Under the pieces are notes generated by a model that was not told the DNA's origin, ran no database searches, and saw only the letters and a list, made by a program, of their open reading frames with translations. This document shows positions 59,933-64,000 of a stretch of 64,000 bases of DNA, piece by piece (position 1 is the stretch's first letter; every line of letters begins with the position of its first letter). The position numbers were made by a program, and so were the translations under genes. The DNA lies in the NCBI GenBank assembly GCA_965238175.1, contig CBDEGZ010000003.1, positions 1,344,001 through 1,408,000 of the forward strand, in the 5' to 3' direction. This stretch comes from Gammaproteobacteria bacterium. GTDB taxonomy: Bacteria; Pseudomonadota; Gammaproteobacteria; CAJXQU01.

Positions 59933-60355
59933 ATGGATCTTATGACTTACATATTGTTTTTGGTATTAATGCTAATAAGTATTTTAGCTATGGTTGTTTT
60001 ATTTTTAAATTATCAAGCACAACGGCGATCAAATTGCTTGGTTGTGGCGCGAAGGTACAGTGATGCTTCACAGATTTTGTCAGATGAATTAACAATTCGT
60101 ACCGAGATAATTGAGTTATTCAAACGACGAAAGTCTAAAGATAGACAGGAATTGATCGGCCTTGCGAAAGAAACAGTAGATGAACAAAATGATCGTATTC
60201 AGAAAATCGTTCTGCTACAAAAACAGATCGAAAATAAGTTTTCTCATCTAGACAATGAAGATCCTATTGAGGTTGAGAAGCAAGTACTGGTTGCACTCAA
60301 CAATAAGAGATTTGCAGAGATGACATTGAAGCGGTTTGAGTCACCGCCGGAATAA
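59933..60355 (+). CDS. Membrane-anchored hypothetical protein
   Basis: N-terminal TM helix and coiled-coil-like tail. Confidence 0.65.
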   Translation: MDLMTYILFLVLMLISILAMVVLFLNYQAQRRSNCLVVARRYSDASQILSDELTIRTEIIELFKRRKSKDRQELIGLAKETVDEQNDRIQKIVLLQKQIENKFSHLDNEDPIEVEKQVLVALNNKRFAEMTLKRFESPPE

Positions 60356-60428
60356 ACGTCCTTTTTTAGTTAAACCGATCTGAAATTTATGTCTGTGATA
60401 CTCGTTATAACTGGCAGCCGCTATGCTT

Positions 60429-60992
60429 TTAAATCGAACAAGTATCACCTTCACACTCCCCAGAATTTGTAGATTTGGGTGGTTCATTATTTTCAACAGA
60501 GATCAATAAATCACTCTTCTCTGCTAACAAGCCACCAATAATGCTACCAACTTGCATATCATTCATTTGACCAAAATGATTCAACTTAATCTCACCGGTT
60601 TTATCTAGAATAATGAGTGTGGGCGTGCCTCTCATCTGATAACTTGTCATTGTTTTTGGTACGGGGCTATGTTCTGACGGCTTATCTACCGCGATGGGAT
60701 AGGGAATTCTATATTCTGCTGCAAATGCTTTTAATGCATCAAAAGTCATTACATCGTGGTGCTCAAAAACGCTATGAAGTCCAATGACCTCTACATCTTT
60801 TCGTGCATAATAATCGTAAATAGCACGCGCTTGTGGAACACTATGAACAACGCAGGCGGGGCATAGCATCTGAAAAGCATGTATAACGATAACCTTCCCT
60901 TTTAGATCAGATAATAACAGTGGTTTTTCACTATTGATCCACGCAATGGTCTCCAACGCTGGGGCTGGGTTACATACTTCTGACTGTCTCAT
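60429..60992 (-). CDS. Redoxin/AhpC-TSA family protein
   Basis: AFQMLCPACV, GLHSVFEHH, MRGTPT. Confidence 0.88.
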   Translation of the reverse strand: MRQSEVCNPAPALETIAWINSEKPLLLSDLKGKVIVIHAFQMLCPACVVHSVPQARAIYDYYARKDVEVIGLHSVFEHHDVMTFDALKAFAAEYRIPYPIAVDKPSEHSPVPKTMTSYQMRGTPTLIILDKTGEIKLNHFGQMNDMQVGSIIGGLLAEKSDLLISVENNEPPKSTNSGECEGDTCSI

Positions 60993-61055
60993 TTGGGAGT
61001 CCTCTGAATTTTGCTACTAAAATAGTGAACGGACATCCTTGTCCTGTTCCTAAAC

Positions 61056-61811
61056 TTATTGGTTTACTTTACCCGGCAGGCTCAAATCACCGGAAGCAAT
61101 ATCCATAACATCAACAACACACAGTAATGGAGCATGTACACTTTGGTTAACTCGTAACCCAGCAGTGACGCCATCGTAAGTCACATGATCTATGTCGACG
61201 GTATTATCAAAAGCGACTTTAACTTCGATAATGTTATCGTTAAAAACGGGATCCCATCCTGGGCTATCTAGTAGAATGGGTAGGCCAGGCCAAGTTTTGG
61301 GTAATTTTGGATAACTACCTTCGGGTATATCAACAACGCCTAACGCACCTTTACCGCATTGCTCGTTAGACTGAAGGACAACCCAGTGGCTATGCCATAT
61401 ATTACCGTCATTGCTTGGATCGTTATCTGCGTTTTTATCGTACAAGGGAGTGTCATCAAAATCAGGACGTGCGGTAACCGCTAGCGCAAGAATGCCAGCA
61501 TTTTCCTCAAAGCCAACGGTGGAAGAATTGAGGTTAGTTGGCCAAACATACGAAAACACATTACTCCCTGCTAATTGGCCCGTAGGAGTAGGCAGGTTTG
61601 TTCCTGCTTTTTCAGCAACGTTCATATGGAAGCTGGCAATGTTATTTTTGATGGTTACTTTGGTATGAACAATATCAAAAGTCGGTTTTGTGTTGCCGGT
61701 TTTATCTTGCTCTGCATGTATTCCTTCAGAATGAGAGCCTCCTGCAGATGTCTGAGAACTGCTAAGCGCTATTGCTAGAATGCCTGTGTGTAAAAAAGGT
61801 AATGTTTTCAT
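61056..61811 (-). CDS. Exported hypothetical protein, probable metal binder
   Basis: Signal peptide; SYVWPT, PDFDDTPL, WHSHWVVL, TWPGLPI; in an operon with the redoxin. Confidence 0.8.
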   Translation of the reverse strand: MKTLPFLHTGILAIALSSSQTSAGGSHSEGIHAEQDKTGNTKPTFDIVHTKVTIKNNIASFHMNVAEKAGTNLPTPTGQLAGSNVFSYVWPTNLNSSTVGFEENAGILALAVTARPDFDDTPLYDKNADNDPSNDGNIWHSHWVVLQSNEQCGKGALGVVDIPEGSYPKLPKTWPGLPILLDSPGWDPVFNDNIIEVKVAFDNTVDIDHVTYDGVTAGLRVNQSVHAPLLCVVDVMDIASGDLSLPGKVNQ

Positions 61812-61826
61812 AGTTAGCTCCTGTTA

Positions 61827-61891
61827 GTATTGAGTCAAAACTAATAGTTGCACACAAGATCTTGGTTGTCAATAATGTTTCGATTCGATAC
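61827..61891. promoter_or_regulatory. Two putative MarR operators
   Basis: Quasi-palindromes GTATTGAGTCAAAAC (61827) and GTTTCGATTCGATAC (61877) in the divergent promoter region. Confidence 0.55.
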
Positions 61892-61902
61892 TATGTCTGC
61901 CT

Positions 61903-62499
61903 ATGGATATTCTCAATACACAACAGTTGTTAGAAAGGCTGGCTACACTGTTACGCGGTGAAAGTCGTAACCTACTTTTTGAATACGGTTTGCAACCCAT
62001 ACAGTTTGAAGCGCTTCATTATTTATTAATATGTAATCGGTATTCAGATACGCCTATGAGCGTTACAGAATATCTTGGTCAAACCAAAGGTTCAGTATCT
62101 CAAACACTCAAGGTGCTCGAGAAAAAAGGCTTAATAGAAAAAAATGCTGATAGTAGTGATAAGCGAGTTACACATTTAGCAGTGACTAAGCAAGGTCGTA
62201 AACTGATCAAGAAGATATTGCCATCACCCTTACTGTCGTTAGCAAGTAATTTTCTAGATGATCAAGCTATTGTCAGGGTTAACGAATTGTTAATAGCACT
62301 ACTTAAGTCAGCCCAACAAGCCAACGGTTTCAAGTCATTTGGACAGTGTGACAGCTGCCGACACAACACTAAATTAGGTAAAGACGACTATTTTTGTGGG
62401 CTTGTAAAAGAGCCATTGAGTAAGCTGGATGTTGAACTCATCTGCCGTGAGCATGAGCCTGATGAACCCAGAAAGAAAGGTATTACGGGAGAAATATAG
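61903..62499 (+). CDS. MarR-family regulator with C-terminal Cys motif
   Basis: NRYSDTP..VTEYLGQTKGSVSQTLKVLEKKG, DKR, FGQCDSCRH...C...C. Confidence 0.9.
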   Translation: MDILNTQQLLERLATLLRGESRNLLFEYGLQPIQFEALHYLLICNRYSDTPMSVTEYLGQTKGSVSQTLKVLEKKGLIEKNADSSDKRVTHLAVTKQGRKLIKKILPSPLLSLASNFLDDQAIVRVNELLIALLKSAQQANGFKSFGQCDSCRHNTKLGKDDYFCGLVKEPLSKLDVELICREHEPDEPRKKGITGEI

Positions 62500-62885
62500 T
62501 AAATCTTGAGTTCTTTCAAGCCAAAGTATTTGATGCTTCTCAGGCATCATAACTGTCTGCTTAAATTTGCTTGAAATTAAGTCTTGAAGAGCACTATATT
62601 CTTATATTGAATTAGTATATACCTATAAATTATAGTCTTTCCTGTTAGGAAACTTAAATACCCTATACGTCATTTTCTAAGATTAGCCTAGCTAGATGTT
62701 GTAGGAGAGCGGCTGGTAAGGATATTTACGTATTTACCACCTGTGGCAAAAAGCTATTATTGCTACGCTGCTTTTAGAGTATCGAATGGTATTTTTTATG
62801 ATCGTTATTTAGATATCCTTAAATATCGATAAAAATAATTCTAATGAATGTAGGCAAATTGATAAGGGTCTGATGGAGAATAAAT

Positions 62886-64000
62886 ATGAAGAAAATAATG
62901 AGTAGTTTAAACAAGGGGAAGTATTCGCTTGCTGCAATTGCCTTGGTTTTTGGTATTGGCGCTTCGCATCAAGCTGTAGCTGATGAAACTTGTATGTCAC
63001 CTTATATGGTGAAAATTGTTGGGCAAGAAGACTTTGCCTATATCTGGACTTTAGGTGTTGAAGGCTTGGGTGATGGTCAAGATAAAATGGTCACAATTGA
63101 TGTGAACCCTAAGTCTGATCATTATGGAAAAGTAGTTCACGCTGAGTCTGTTGGTGGAAGAAATGAAGCACATCACTCTGGCTTTACGGATGATCGTAAA
63201 TATCTTTGGGCGGGTGGTTTAGATTCTAATAAAATCTTTATATTCGATGTTCATACTGATCCTGCAAAAGCAACTTTAGTAAAAACGATTGATGACTTTG
63301 TAAGTAAATCAGGTGGCGTTGTTGGCCCACATACAACTTACGCACTTCCTGGCAGAATGATCATTACTGGTTTATCAAATAATCAGGATCACGGTGGTAG
63401 AACTGCGTTAGTTGAGTATACAAATCATGGTGAGTACATCGCTACATACTGGATGCCGACTGATGATAATCTTCATGGTGCTAAGAAATCTGGCAAAATT
63501 GCTGACGGTTATGGTTATGATATCAGAGCATTACCACGACGTAATATCATGTTGACTTCATCTTTCACAGGATGGTCAAACTACATGATGGACTTTGGTA
63601 AAATGCTAGGTGATTCAGAAGCAATGAAACGCTTTGGTAACACAATGGTTGTTTGGGATTTACATAGTCGTAAACCTAAGCAAGTACTTGATGTTCCAGG
63701 TGCACCACTAGAAGTACGATGTGCATGGGGTGCGGAAAATAACTATTGTTTCACTACAACTGCATTAACTTCGCAAATTGTCCTTGTCGAAGAGGATATG
63801 GCAGCTGGTGAATGGAAAGCAACGAATGTAGCTGATATCGGTAACCCTGCAGACATTCCATTGCCTGTTGATATTTCAATCAGTAGTGATGATTCTACTC
63901 TTTGGGTCAATACTTTTATGGATGGAATGACACGTGGCTTCGATATTACAGATCCACATAATCCTGTTCAAAAATATGAAAAACATATTGGTAGACAAGT
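62886..64000 (+). CDS. mtoX: Methanethiol oxidase (SBP56 family), runs off the window; missed by the ORF track
   Basis: Signal peptide then DETCMSPY, GQEDFAYIWTLG, NEAHHSGFTDDR, VGPHT, SSFTGWSNY; GGAG RBS. Confidence 0.9.
   Translation, partial: MKKIMSSLNKGKYSLAAIALVFGIGASHQAVADETCMSPYMVKIVGQEDFAYIWTLGVEGLGDGQDKMVTIDVNPKSDHYGKVVHAESVGGRNEAHHSGFTDDRKYLWAGGLDSNKIFIFDVHTDPAKATLVKTIDDFVSKSGGVVGPHTTYALPGRMIITGLSNNQDHGGRTALVEYTNHGEYIATYWMPTDDNLHGAKKSGKIADGYGYDIRALPRRNIMLTSSFTGWSNYMMDFGKMLGDSEAMKRFGNTMVVWDLHSRKPKQVLDVPGAPLEVRCAWGAENNYCFTTTALTSQIVLVEEDMAAGEWKATNVADIGNPADIPLPVDISISSDDSTLWVNTFMDGMTRGFDITDPHNPVQKYEKHIGRQ

Noticed and set aside
62492-62600. Imperfect inverted repeat after marR as a MITE
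   Set aside because: Arms (AATATAGT...TTCAAG / CTTGAA...ACTATATT) are too interrupted and there is no second copy in the window
62809-63000. 63-aa minus-strand ORF and similar short antisense ORFs inside transposases and core genes
   Set aside because: Shadow ORFs overlapping well-supported genes, with no motifs or RBS
1-64000. CRISPR array, prophage or integron integrase
   Set aside because: No regularly spaced direct repeats, cas genes, phage structural genes or tyrosine recombinase were seen

Overview
Chromosomal window from a marine-type gammaproteobacterium, probably a C1/methylated-sulfur user (MxaD-like SRPBCC protein, MxaE-like beta-propeller, methanethiol oxidase MtoX, class V aminotransferase). 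Bases 1-19.1 kb are an AT-rich accessory zone: small Bacteroidetes-looking ORFs, an LRR-DUF1963 gene, two inverted IS3 copies, a dead IS4, an IS481, and genes that appear individually bracketed by degenerate TGACCCC...GGGGTCA inverted repeats like a cassette array. Bases 19.4-64 kb are mostly core genes (HAD, rppH, cmoAB, nth, tamAB, rnfDGE, ispG, FecR/CHASE2 pair, nrdJab with NrdR boxes, hslO, class I fumarase, prmB, recQ, MarR-redoxin module, mtoX), interrupted by an IS1111-type IS110, a second IS481 and a cassette-like 2OG oxygenase. Best leads: (1) a 98-nt tRNA-like RNA (53527-53624) with an 8/5 acceptor/T helix, serine-type variable arm and encoded CCA, but a GNRA hairpin in place of the anticodon loop; (2) the inverted-repeat-delimited cassette array; (3) a 76-bp palindrome built from two IS1111 left ends, plus readable guide sequences in the IS1111 non-coding RNA. 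All calls are by eye; no searches were run.
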